From: Adineta vaga
Lineage: Eukaryota > Animalia > Rotifera
DNA: 64,000 nucleotides
Assembly: GCA_021613535.1 (NCBI GenBank)
Contig: CP075496.1
Span: 5,022,001 to 5,086,000 of the forward strand
Direction: 5' to 3'
Part shown: positions 52,922 through 64,000 of the stretch, in pieces
Position numbering within the stretch: the stretch's first letter is position 1
Layout of the letters: each line of letters opens with the position of its first letter
The notes under the pieces: generated by a model
Told to the model about the DNA's origin: nothing
What the model saw: only the letters and a program-made list of their open reading frames with translations
Databases searched by the model: none
Program-made: the position numbers and the translations under genes

Positions 52922-54545
52922 ATGAGTAAAGTATCGAAAGATTTGGATTTATCATCAGTTATTACCCAGGTATCAAAAGAAGATGATACCAATCGATCAG
53001 TGCCATTAGCTGGTACACTTATTACAAGTGGAACATCACCAGTAACGAAAAGTATGTTCAGAAAACAAGAAATAAAGATCGTTTATTTTCTATTTCAATT
53101 ATTTAAAGCTCGTTCAAGTCGAAAACGTCGTCTCATGTCTATTTTACTCTGTTGTTTGAGCGTATCGAATCATAATCGACCTAAAACAACTATCTATTCA
53201 CCAAAAAATGAAACATCAACTAATCAAGAAGTAAGTTATCAAACGTTTTCGATCAAAAACGTTTCCTATTTCGTTATTTTAATCATACATTGTTCATCTT
53301 CTTATAGTTAATTGCATTGAATACAGAGATAAATATACAGTTTGAGGTATTTCAATTGATAGAACTAATCTTACTAATCAAAAATCTGTTTTTTTTTCTT
53401 CTTTCGAATGAATATTCATTTAATTTATTCACTATCATTTAGGGAGCTGAAAAATTCCTTTTGCCAACATTACGCAGCAATGAACGAGTTAAAATCTGTT
53501 TAGTTATCGATCTTGATGAAACTCTTGTTCATTCATCATTTAAACCCGTACCAAATGCTGATTTTATTGTTCCAGTTGAAATCGATGGACAAGTGCATCA
53601 AGTATGTTTAGTTTTCAACAATAGTTAATCAAAAACGAAACGGAAAAATGTTATATTTAGCATTAGACGACAAAAGAAAAAGAAAAAAGAACCGGAGGCG
53701 TTATTGATGTCATCTCGGGAGAATATCATTGCCGATATTTTCGTTCGATAACGATAGAAAATATATCGATTAGTTAATTATTCATGAATTTTCATTCATA
53801 ATAGAATTGAGTAAATCTGTTTACAGTAATATTTATATACTTTCTTTTTCACCGTAATTATTATTTCATGAGTATAGCTTTTGGTATTTTGATGGAAAAT
53901 AATGTTTTTTTAAAAAGTATATCCAGGTATTGATGTTCCTTCTGTTTTTTTTTATCAAGGTCTATGTCACTAAACGACCACATGTCGATGAATTTCTACG
54001 TCGTGTTGGTGAATTATTCGAATGTATTCTATTTACTGCTAGTCTAGCAAAAGTAATAAAATGAAACTGATTTGAATTCCTTTTTTTTCTATCAATTCAT
54101 GGATATTTTTAGTATGCAGATCCAGTCTCTGATTTACTTGATCCTAATCAAATATTTCATTCAAGACTTTTTCGAGAATCTTGTACTTATTACAATGGTA
54201 ATTATCATTCTTAATAATTTAAATTCATTTAAATACTTTATTTTTATTTCGTAGGAAATTATATCAAAGATCTTAGTCGATTAGGTCGCGATATTCGTAA
54301 AGTTATCATTATTGATAATTCACCAGTATCATACATATTTCATCAAGATAATGCCGTATGTAATTGATTCATCATATTCATTTTGTAAGTTTCGTTTTAA
54401 TTGACAGGTACCTGTTACAAGTTGGTTTGATGATATGCATGATACGGAATTATTAACATTGATTCCTATTTTCGAACGTTTGGCATTAGTTGATGATATT
54501 ATCCCAGCTTTACAAGATATTCATCATCGACGAGCCGTTGTCTAA
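52922..54545 (+). CDS. CTDSP: Small CTD phosphatase (CTDSP/SCP family)
   Basis: MSILLCC; [33 protein letters not shown]|[13 protein letters not shown]; FTASLAK|YADPV; [13 protein letters not shown]; IIDNSP; [10 protein letters not shown]. Includes a 39-nt in-frame exon at about 53308-53346. Confidence 0.95.
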
Positions 54546-55474
54546 CAAAATGAAAGATGTCAGACATTTCTTTTCTTAGTTTCTTTCTTTCTTTCTTTTA
54601 CTTTGTTCATCAGTAACATAGCTTTGCACCTCTCTTTTTTCCTCTCTCTTTTCAATTCGATTTGTTTGCTTTTTTCCTACAGTGCCGTTAGTCTTTCTTT
54701 TCTTTTCGTTTTTGTCTTGATTTTAACGCATATAATCATAGTAAGCAGGTTTATTTTCCTCCTACCTTTCTTTATTTTTCCAACTAAGCAGAGAAAACAT
54801 CCTAATCTATGCAAAAACATACAATCGTATTCCTTTTTTTTCTGATCAGTTGTTTCTATTTTATTTGTAAAAGAAAAGGCAAAGATGATGAAAAAGACAA
54901 TGGCCTGTTCTATGTATGTAAATAATTTCTTGCTTGTTGTGTATATAAAACAAAACTTTTCTTTCCTTACCCTTATTGAACTTTGATGTGAATGTGTGTA
55001 TCACTTTTGTTCTAAATTTGTTAAAAGAAAACATTTCAAGAGGAGATCGAACAGTCGTAGACATATACAACCAAAAAACACTTCTAATCTCCTCATTTTT
55101 TTCAAAAGAACAGTGTTGTTTCCAACAGATCTTTTTTTCTCTCTATATATTTCATTTATGGTGCTAATTCACTAAAATACATTGTTTCTATTTTTTGACT
55201 GTTGGTTACTGCACAATTTTGTTGTTGTTACTTCTCTTCTTTTCTTTTTTTCCTTTTCTTTATGGTTCATTGCACGTCTATGTGTGGTTCCTTTATTTGA
55301 TTTCTTTTTTTTCTGTCTCTTTCACTTTCTTATAAATCTTGTGGCATTTGTCAATTCATTTATTTCTTCATATGATCTTTTGTTGTTCCCGATTTGGAAA
55401 AAAGAAAAAAAGAAACCTAAGTTATAATAAATAGTCTAACAAACAGGAAAATAAATTACGAAATTTGATTTTAG

Positions 55475-56682
55475 ATGGCATCAAAGTCAGTAGATACAAA
55501 AGCAACTCTTCGTCAATTGATGAAACAAGAGAAACAAAAACGAATCGATTCTCCTTTTGCAAAGTATAATATTCAAAGCATTTCATCGCAGTTTTTGATC
55601 TTGTCTCTCTTAGATATACAAATACCGGTCAACTATGTTGTGCGTTATGTAATCAACAATTAACCAGTGAAACGTTTTGGAAGGCACATGTGAATGGACG
55701 AGAACATAAACAAGTTTGTTTTCAATTGAAGGTTTTCATTATTTTTTCTTTGTCTAATTAGAAACTTCTGGAGTTAAAATCAAATATCCAACAATCCAAT
55801 GCAGATTCCGTCTTTGCCAAACCATTACCACCATCTCCGATAACTAATCAAGTACAACGTGGTGTTAAACGTTCACACGAAGTGGGTATGTGTATTCAAT
55901 TGATATTTTATATACAAATCAATGATTAATTTTTGTATTTTTAGCAACTGCTAATGATCATGTCATCGTTGGTAAACCATCAGCTCCTGTTTCTTCATCA
56001 ATATCTGCTCAACATTCCGCTTTACCAGCTGGTATGATCACAAGAAATTTAGTTTTTTTTTCATTTCTGTTCTGTTTCCTAGATTTTTTCGATTCTGGTT
56101 CATCAAAATCACAAATAGATACTATCAAATCTTCTGCATCAATAACAACAACGGTGAATTCTATTCCCGCAGTTCAACAATCATCTGCTCTACCAGAAGG
56201 ATTCTTCGATGATCCAAAATTGGATGCACGAGTGCGAAAAGTCGAATATGTCGATAAAATGGAAGTTCAATGGGATGCATTTACTCGTGAGATGAAACAA
56301 GAAACGACTGTATGTTTTTAATAAATATCCTTCTACTTATCAAATGATAATTTCATATCATTATATTTAGGTATCCGAAAAATTAGAAGCAGAAGATGAT
56401 ATTGAACGAGATGTTGAACGAGAAATAAAAGAAACCGATGAATTAATGTATGTATGAAAATCTTTTTTGATTTGACTTAGAATATTTTCAATCGATTTCT
56501 TTAGTACACGGTGGCAACGAATCGAAGAAATGCATGATATAAAAGATAATCGATTTAAAACAATTAAGAAAGGTGAAAAACAGAAGAAAAAACAAATCGA
56601 TGACGATAATAACACTCAAGATGATGAAGAATTAGAAAAGGAATTAGAAAATATGTACAATTGGCGACAAAAACGTTCCTGA
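55475..56682 (+). CDS. ZNF830: Zinc finger protein 830 (CCDC16/OMCG1)
   Basis: LRQLMKQEKQKRIDSPFAK|YTNTGQLCCALC...FWKAHVNGREHKQ; LPAD.FD; LPEGFFDDPKLDARVR; C-terminal NWRQK. Confidence 0.92.
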
Positions 56683-57510
56683 ACTATTATTTCTTTGTAC
56701 ATAGGATTGAAAGACACGAAACAAAATTATTGTTTGTTTTTTGGTTATAAAGATATTATGTTTATTATTACTTTGGTATAAAAATTCAATAAAAACTTTC
56801 TGTGTGACACGCTCGGTGCAAATGAATTTCTATCTCTAAAATATAGCCTTAAGGAAATTATAGACGAACACATATATTTATATATAAAGTCCTCGTCAAC
56901 GAAAAGATAATCTCCCTCGATATAATCGATAGAATTATCTGTTAGCGGAAAACTATTTTATCAGTCATACATTAGTAAATTACTGATGTAGATTATTTTC
57001 TTTTTCTCCTTCGATAATAATCGTTCGTTGAATATGATTTGGGACCTAGATCATGAATGTCATACATGTCTTATATAATTACTTTTTTTGTTTTTCTTAA
57101 TCTCCATTTGATCGAGGGTAACTATCAATCATTTACGGATCGACAATTGACATTGCTCATGAGAAATTCAAATGAAATTCAATCCAATTAGAAAAGATCT
57201 TTGATTGATGATTGAAAGATAAAAAATCATTTATTTCTATACTTGCAAATTTTCTATTCGATATCTTAAAAAAAAACTATATTAATAACTGTCATTTCAA
57301 CTTACTAAAGAAAACGATTGATTTGACATTGTTAACAATTACAATGAATTAAATGCACGAGATATGACAATAAAAGAAAAACAATTTCTCTTGATTTTTT
57401 TCTGCTTCCGACAAACCCTCAAGTCTTTTCTATTAAATATATATATATATATTTCTTTAAGTACCGTTCATTTCTTTTTTATTCATCTTTCAGTCGAGAA
57501 AAATTCAACT

Positions 57511-58167
57511 ATGCCATTCACAGTCAAAGATGCTCTTCATTATAAACGTAATGATCGACAAATACGTGAAATTCACGAAAAAGAATATTCAAATTATGTC
57601 AAAACTCTTCGTCAGCAACAAATATTTCATCAACCAACATTCTCACAACTTTCATCAAATCATTCACAGGAAATTGAACGTTCTCGAACACGATATGTAC
57701 TAGCGAAACAAACTCAATATGATCGTATTAAACGTGAAAATGATTTACTTTTAAATCGTTTATATAAAGCAAGTGAACAAGCACTTGTTGATGATAAAAA
57801 TCACACTTATCAACGAAATTTGGATGCATTTAATTCCAAACGTTCTCAACAACGTTTTCACGATTATAAACGTATTTATAATGACAATCAATTATTATTA
57901 CATCGTATTAGTAATATTCACGGACGTTTAGCGAATAAAGAACAATGTGAACATGATTGGAGAAAACATGTGAATGTTATGAAAAAATCGTGTAATTATC
58001 CAGAAAATATCGATCGATTCGTCACAAAAATGAATAAAGTTGAACAAAAACAAATATGTTTTTATGAAAAAATGCGAAGTGCACAATGGAATAAACGGCA
58101 TTATATTATCGAACCATCAACACAGTTAACTGTTAAACCATTAGCTTTATTACTAAATGAATTTTAG
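57511..58167 (+). CDS. CFAP97-domain (hemingway/KIAA1430)-like ciliary protein, intronless
   Basis: Two RI.REN.LLL.RL-type repeats (YDRIKRENDLLLNRL; KRIYNDNQLLLHRISN) followed by CEHDWRKH. Confidence 0.65.
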   Translation: MPFTVKDALHYKRNDRQIREIHEKEYSNYVKTLRQQQIFHQPTFSQLSSNHSQEIERSRTRYVLAKQTQYDRIKRENDLLLNRLYKASEQALVDDKNHTYQRNLDAFNSKRSQQRFHDYKRIYNDNQLLLHRISNIHGRLANKEQCEHDWRKHVNVMKKSCNYPENIDRFVTKMNKVEQKQICFYEKMRSAQWNKRHYIIEPSTQLTVKPLALLLNEF

Positions 58168-58442
58168 TTTTCTTTCATTTCTTGTAAAGCATTCTAATAA
58201 AAAAAGAACATTTTTCAATGTCAACTATTTTAGAATAATAACTAAGATATTCAGATATAATTTATATGAAAGATTCGTCTATAAACATTGAAATCAATAT
58301 CGTATTTCAACAATAAAAATTTATTAAACAAGCTCAAATTCTTCATATAGAAATAAAAGAAGACTGACATTAAGTGAATATATATGTAGAAATTTATCTT
58401 AAATCAAGTTCAAAAAATTCATTTAGAACATATTTTAATCAT

Positions 58443-60673
58443 TTATGCATGCGTCACTTTCGTCGAATGACGATGAACAGAATTTCTGCGAGAAATATTT
58501 AACGATGCAAGTGTAGAATGTTTCGAGTGATTTGTTGATTTTGACGTTGTTGTCGTTGTTGAATGTTTTGTGACAGATGATTGGCGAGATTTAATACCTG
58601 ATGGTACATCAATAACTGTTTCCGTAGTTGCAGCTGTTTGTAAAACTGTTAGTGGTGGTATAGCTGATTTACGGTAAGTGGTACTATGATGAATGTTATA
58701 TAAATCAATCAGTTTATCAACATCTTGTTGCCATGCATGGTGTTGTTGTTGTTGTTGTTTGAGAAGATGACTACGTTTTGAACGTATGCTTTCATCCGTT
58801 TTTGTAGTTGATTGTTGATCGAAAATTTTCGGTTGATGTTGTTCAGAACAGAATAGTTCTTCCGGTCGAAGACCAAATAATTCTTCTGGTTTATTATAAC
58901 GACTTGTTGGTCCTGTTGCTTCCCGAATTGGACATGATAGATCATTCGATTTTGAAGCTGAACGATGTGTTACTGAAGAAATTGGTCGATGAGCATTGTG
59001 GTGCGGTTGAGAATATATTATTGATTCAGTTGCAACTGTTCCATGCATTTGTTTTGTGTTTGTTGACGATGAATCGAATCGATCATTAGGTAAGACTTTC
59101 TGTTTTAATGATGCTGATTGAATGCGTGTTCGTTTTATTTTATCGTAATTCAATGGAGAAGGCATAGGATTTATATGTATTGTTGTTTTTGGACGTTGAA
59201 GTTTCACATTCATTAGACTAGGATTAGGATTTTCTGTGTGAGCTATAGGAGAAATGTTTGAGTTTGATTTAATGGTACTAACATCATCAATAGATAACTG
59301 CGTTTTACTGGATGTTTTCTGTATGAATGATGTAGTTTGATCTTTTGAATTAGAAAATCGTCGTTGATTTAATAATTGTAATCGAGAACTTATACGACCG
59401 GATGTCTGACGATTATGATTACTATTATAGTTCATTTGAGAGTTTTGTGTTCTTGATAAAATATGTGAGTCATTAACTAATACTTGTGTGCTGCAATAAC
59501 GAGTACCATTAACTGTTGTTGATTTAGTTCGATCAACATTGTTAATTGTTGTTGTTGTTGTTGTCGATGATTGTGGTGCTTCTTGTTTTTGATGTTTCGA
59601 ATATTGACTTTGTCTGTCTTGCTTACATAGACTAGCTAAACGAGTTGAATAACTACTATCACTATCGTTGAAAATTATTTTAAGTAAACCAAATGGAAGT
59701 GTTGAAGAAAGATGATTAGCTGGATTGGATGAAATTTTCTTTTTCTTGTGTAATTTTGTTGCTGTTGTTATACCTTGATTATCAACAATTGTTGAAGGAT
59801 TTTCATAAATTGATAAAGGACGTGGAACAACAAAAAATTCATCACTATCACGATGTGTTATTTGATTTGCACATTCGATATGTCCATATTTGAGAGCAAG
59901 AACAGCTGCTGAACAACCTGTATACAAAGTACTTATCTTAGCAAACACGAAAGAAAAGGAAAAAATATTCAATCTACCCTCTCGATTTATGTATCGATCA
60001 AGACGAATACCAATTCTTTCTGCGGATTTCATAAGTAATTCAGCTATGTCACAATTACCTGGACATATAAAATTTAAATAAACTTTTTTCTTTTACCATA
60101 AAATCAATAAATTCATTTACCCGTAATAGCAACATAATGTAGACAAGTATTTCCTTCACAATCTTGTGCTTCAATATTAAAATCTAAACCAGACAAGTAT
60201 AATTGAACAAGTTCAAAACGTTGTACAGCACAGGCATGATGCATTCTAAGAAAAATAAATAAGATTAAGACGAGTTAGGAATGTAAACAATATATAAATT
60301 CATACGCATTTCGTCTGGCATGATCTTCTAGAGCTATTTTAGCTCCTTTTTCTAATAAATTTTGTGCTAAGGATGAACTCCATCGATCGTTTTCAATATA
60401 AGCACATAGAATTAATGGTGTACGAAGTTGACTATCCCGTTCATTTGGATCGTAATGAAGTTCTAAGAGATATCTTACCGAACGAAAATATCCATGTTGA
60501 ATCGCGAATGGCACATTATAATGTTTGGGTAATGATGCGGATGAAACTATTGAAGTCGAATTCGTTGGATGGCTATATTCTGTACCAGTATCATAGATAG
60601 TTGTTGAAGATAAAGGCATTGTTGCTGGTGGCAATCGAGATGAAAGCAACATTGAAAGATTCTGTATGACCAT
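58443..60673 (-). CDS. Ankyrin-repeat protein (ANKRD34/63-like layout) with long disordered Ser/Thr-rich tail
   Basis: AIQHGYFRSVRYLLE..DPNERDSQLRTPLILC; LLEKGA...DHARRNA|.HHAC; QDCEGNTCLHY; AAVLALKYGHIECA. Confidence 0.8.
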
Positions 60674-62585
60674 TCAGATGATGTAAAACATTTGAAAAGC
60701 TTCGTTTGAGAAAGAAAAATAATAGTTATGATAAGATTGAAGAAGTCGATTGTATCTATGCTAATAAAAATAAAGAAGTTGAACTGTATTAGTTCATCTA
60801 TTAATGATTGTTGAATCGATAGGGTTGAAATGAAATGGCAACAAATGTCTCTCGTTCTTTACTCTCATTATTTTTCTTTCGGTCGTTGTGATTTTTGTAA
60901 AAGAAAAATAAATTAAATATACACGCTAAAGAAAAAAGCAAGCACGATTATCATGAAGAAGAAAATGTGAGTAATTTGATCACAACGTTTTTGTATTTGT
61001 CTTAGATGGACACAAAACAAACGTTTTCCCTCTTTTTTATTTCTCTCTCTCTCTCTCTCTTCAATGTTTCATGTAAAATTTTGTACAGAGTACACTACAT
61101 TTTGAAATCAGTTCATTTCATCGAATTACTCTCTGTCGGTTTTCTCTTTTATTCGACTTCAATTTGTTTGTCACATATGATGCTTCACTCTTCTTTAGGC
61201 AATAGAAATTTGACTTTTTCCTTTCTCTTTGCTTTCGAATTTTTCATATTGAATACAATTAATCACATCTCAGGTAGATTTTCATCATTGACGAAATATC
61301 GTAGTTAAGAGACACAAGTGGAATGTTTTGCAAGAAACGATTTATAGTTAAGTTCAGGATAAATAAAAATTTATCCTTGAGAAATAAAATTATTGAAAGA
61401 ATTTCAAGTGAAGCTAAAAGCAAAAAAATATGCATTTGATTTCTTTTCTATTTCAGTTAATATGTCAACAAAATAATTAACTTTTACTATTAACACAATC
61501 GTTTATCAAAAACAAGTGAGCAGGAAATGAAAATAGTAGAAAGTCAATTATTAACGGAAATTACAGAGAATATTAAAAGTTCTTTTTTTCATGATCTTTC
61601 TACAAATCGATAATAAACAAGAAAGGTTTCTCTCGATGAATTTCAATGGAATTACGTTACGGAAAGATTATTTGATGTACATCATTTGAATAGTTATTAT
61701 TGTAAAATGTTCTCGTTTGACATCAATTTCTATTCGTTGTCAAGATTGTATAAAGTGAACTTGTATATAGAAGTATAAATTTCAATCAAGGATATTTATT
61801 TTGCATATGTAATACTGCAAACCATCATAGAATAAATCAAACAAACCTTCGAAACTAGGTTTCTATAACTTAATATACACAAAGAAATGTTGTAAAACAT
61901 ATTTTGACAAAACTTGAATGATGTGTCAATTCTTTGCATTGTAGATATGATTAGAATTGAATTGTTATCATGATTTGACAAAGATTGATTGATTTTTTTT
62001 AGACTTATGGAATGAATATTAACATTTTTCGTCCTTACAAATACACATCGGACCCGAATTAGTGTCTATATTTCTTCTTTTTGAATACTTTTCAGCTAAC
62101 AAATTTTTCTCATAAATATGCAGGTTTTACATTTTTTCTTTGTAAATTTGAGTTGTCTTCTAATCAAGAGAATGAATGAGTAAATATTTTATCTTTTCTA
62201 AAAGAAAAATTGATCGTTGAGATCTACTTATTTCAGCAAAGAATAAAATCGATGAAGTCTTTTTTTAATTCAAATAATAATCGAAAAAAAAGCCAACTTT
62301 CTGTCTCTTTGATGTTCCAATACTTGTTTATTTTGATGACTAGATAGACGACAAAATAATTAAAAACAACCAATCAAACAAATAAAGTCTACTAAACATT
62401 ACACACAACATCCATAATACTAGCAGAAAACCTTGTAGAAAAAAAAAAGAAGAAACTGATTGATCTCACTGTTAAAGAGTCATCATTAAGGTAAAAGAAA
62501 ACGAACGAATGAAAACCTGAGAAAAACGAAATGAAAAAAAAAGAAAAGAAAATATAACATAAAATATGCAATTCTTGTATCCTAT

Positions 62586-63963
62586 TTAAATTTTCTTCAG
62601 TTGTGCGAAAAATGCGGATGGGCCACTAGGAGTTTGTTTAAATAGATTAGCATGACATACAGCACATCGACTAACATGTTGTCGTTGTGCACCTGATTTC
62701 AAGGTTAATAATTTAGGCTTTTCGAAACCACTATACTCATCCAGTGTTGCTAGATAAAATGTCATCATATTAGGATAATAGTTGCATTGTGAATGATCTT
62801 TGCAATGAAAATAAGGTCGATCATGATATTTTTCTAGACATGAACCAGGTGATTGTAAACTTTGTTGATCACCTCGACCACCATCAGCTGATGTAAATAC
62901 AAAACTATATCCAGTCCATAAGAGATCATAACCTTCTGGACATGTTGGAACACGTTGTGATTGACTATGGATGGCAAATACAGGTGTTGGAGATTCACAA
63001 ACGACACAACGACTTAGATGATTAGGTAAATCACGTGGTTCAAATGGTGCCATACTTGATGACATTGGTTCATTGGTTGATAACCAATATGAATAATCAT
63101 TACGTGCTGCATAATGACATGAATTGCCGATATCACAAAATAAGAATGGCATTGCACTGAAACGACGTAAACAACTACCCGAACCACCTATTTTCGATAA
63201 AAATCAATTAAGCGATCTATTTTAGAAATCGTTTTCATGCAAAAAAAGAATATTTCTTACCAAGATCTTGATGGGCAGCATACGTATCACCTTGCATACC
63301 CATAAATGAATAACCATCTTGCATTTTTGTTGTTGAATATGGACATTGTGGTGTTGTTTTATCTTGACTATGTCTATAAATATAGATATAATAGATTGAC
63401 TTTTTCTTTCTGTCTTTCATGTATAAAATCATACCGTGCAAAAACGAATGAACCCTCTCCTGTGTCTCCTGGTGGACCTTGTGAGCCAGCAATACCTATG
63501 TAAGAGAAATCAAGATATGTATTAAGGATGCTTTTGTATTTGCATAAGAATGAATTACCTGGTGAACCTGGTGGACCATGTAAACCAGATCTAAAAATAT
63601 TAAAATTAACTAGAGTAAAAGAGATTACATTTGTAACTTACGCTCCAGGAAAACCAACATCACCGATTGAACCACGCGCTCCCAATGAACCTGGATTGCC
63701 TATTGAGAAGAAAACATAATCATTAATTTATTTGGAACTTGTTTATATCTTTTTTCTTGCAAACTAATAATTTACCTGGGCGTCCTGGGGAGCCAACTTG
63801 ACCTGGATATCCTTTTGCTCCAGGAAAGCCTGCTTGACCTGGTATTCCAGAACTACCTAGAGTATTGAAGAAGAAGGAATGGATGAAAATCTATTTCTCT
63901 TGATCCTATTTACTCACCTGGTAATCCTTGATTACCACGTTCTCCTTTAGAACCCGGTTGTAC
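62586..63963 (-). CDS. COL4A1: Collagen type IV alpha chain (alpha1-like), 3' part: last Gly-X-Y exons and NC1 domain; gene continues past the window end
   Basis: Gly-X-Y exons, then FAR|HSQ, HQDLG|GSGSCLRRFSAMPFLFC, RNDYSYWLSTNEPMSSSMAP, SRCVVCE, SPGSCLE, TLKSG..HVSRCAVC. NDYSYWLST.EPM matches the alpha1-type pattern. Confidence 0.93.
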
Positions 63964-64000
63964 TATAGTCTATATATATATGAATCAAGTATATTTTAAT

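Noticed and set aside
53914-53932. aagtatatccaggtat in the CTDSP intron resembles miR-26 (UUCAAGUAAUCCAGGAUAGG), which vertebrate CTDSP genes host in an intron
   Set aside because: The seed UCAAGUA is absent, I see no precursor hairpin at this spot, and miR-26 is regarded as vertebrate-specific; probably chance.
54603-55427. Hydrophobic ORFs after CTDSP that look like membrane proteins
   Set aside because: Artefacts of a U-rich 3' UTR-like tract.
62697-63053. Met (SSSMAP) and Lys (TLKSG) at the collagen IV sulfilimine cross-link positions
   Set aside because: Expected conservation in eumetazoan collagen IV; not novel.

Overview
AT-rich, gene-dense animal genomic DNA with many very short (about 45-70 nt) GT-AG introns. 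The style and gene content suggest a bdelloid rotifer or similar compact spiralian genome (inference, not verified). I can reconstruct 22 protein-coding genes. In order: RNF34/RFFL-like (5' end only, minus), myosin regulatory light chain, DDX54, DEK-like, RNF144-like RBR ligase, ACBP, a large WD40/HEAT protein, strumpellin (WASHC5), two unknown genes, prospero/PROX, a bacterial-style kelch propeller, myosin ID, a small unknown ORF, DSTYK, ZCCHC8, DAP1, BTG/Tob, CTDSP phosphatase, ZNF830, a CFAP97-domain protein, an ankyrin-repeat protein and the 3' end of a collagen IV chain. I saw no tRNA, rRNA, CRISPR array or intact transposon. The most notable signals are: (1) runs of co-directional genes spaced about 140-240 nt apart, each downstream gene preceded by an apparently unpaired splice acceptor, suggesting operons resolved by SL trans-splicing; (2) a CTCF-like GCGACATCT/GCCATCT motif recurring in divergent promoters; (3) a 1-nt frameshift in myosin ID; (4) a U12-like donor at the conserved prospero homeodomain intron and a NuRD-type RKQxKP motif in prospero; (5) a kelch gene that is a horizontal-transfer candidate. 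Exon boundaries were read by eye and may be off by a few bases.
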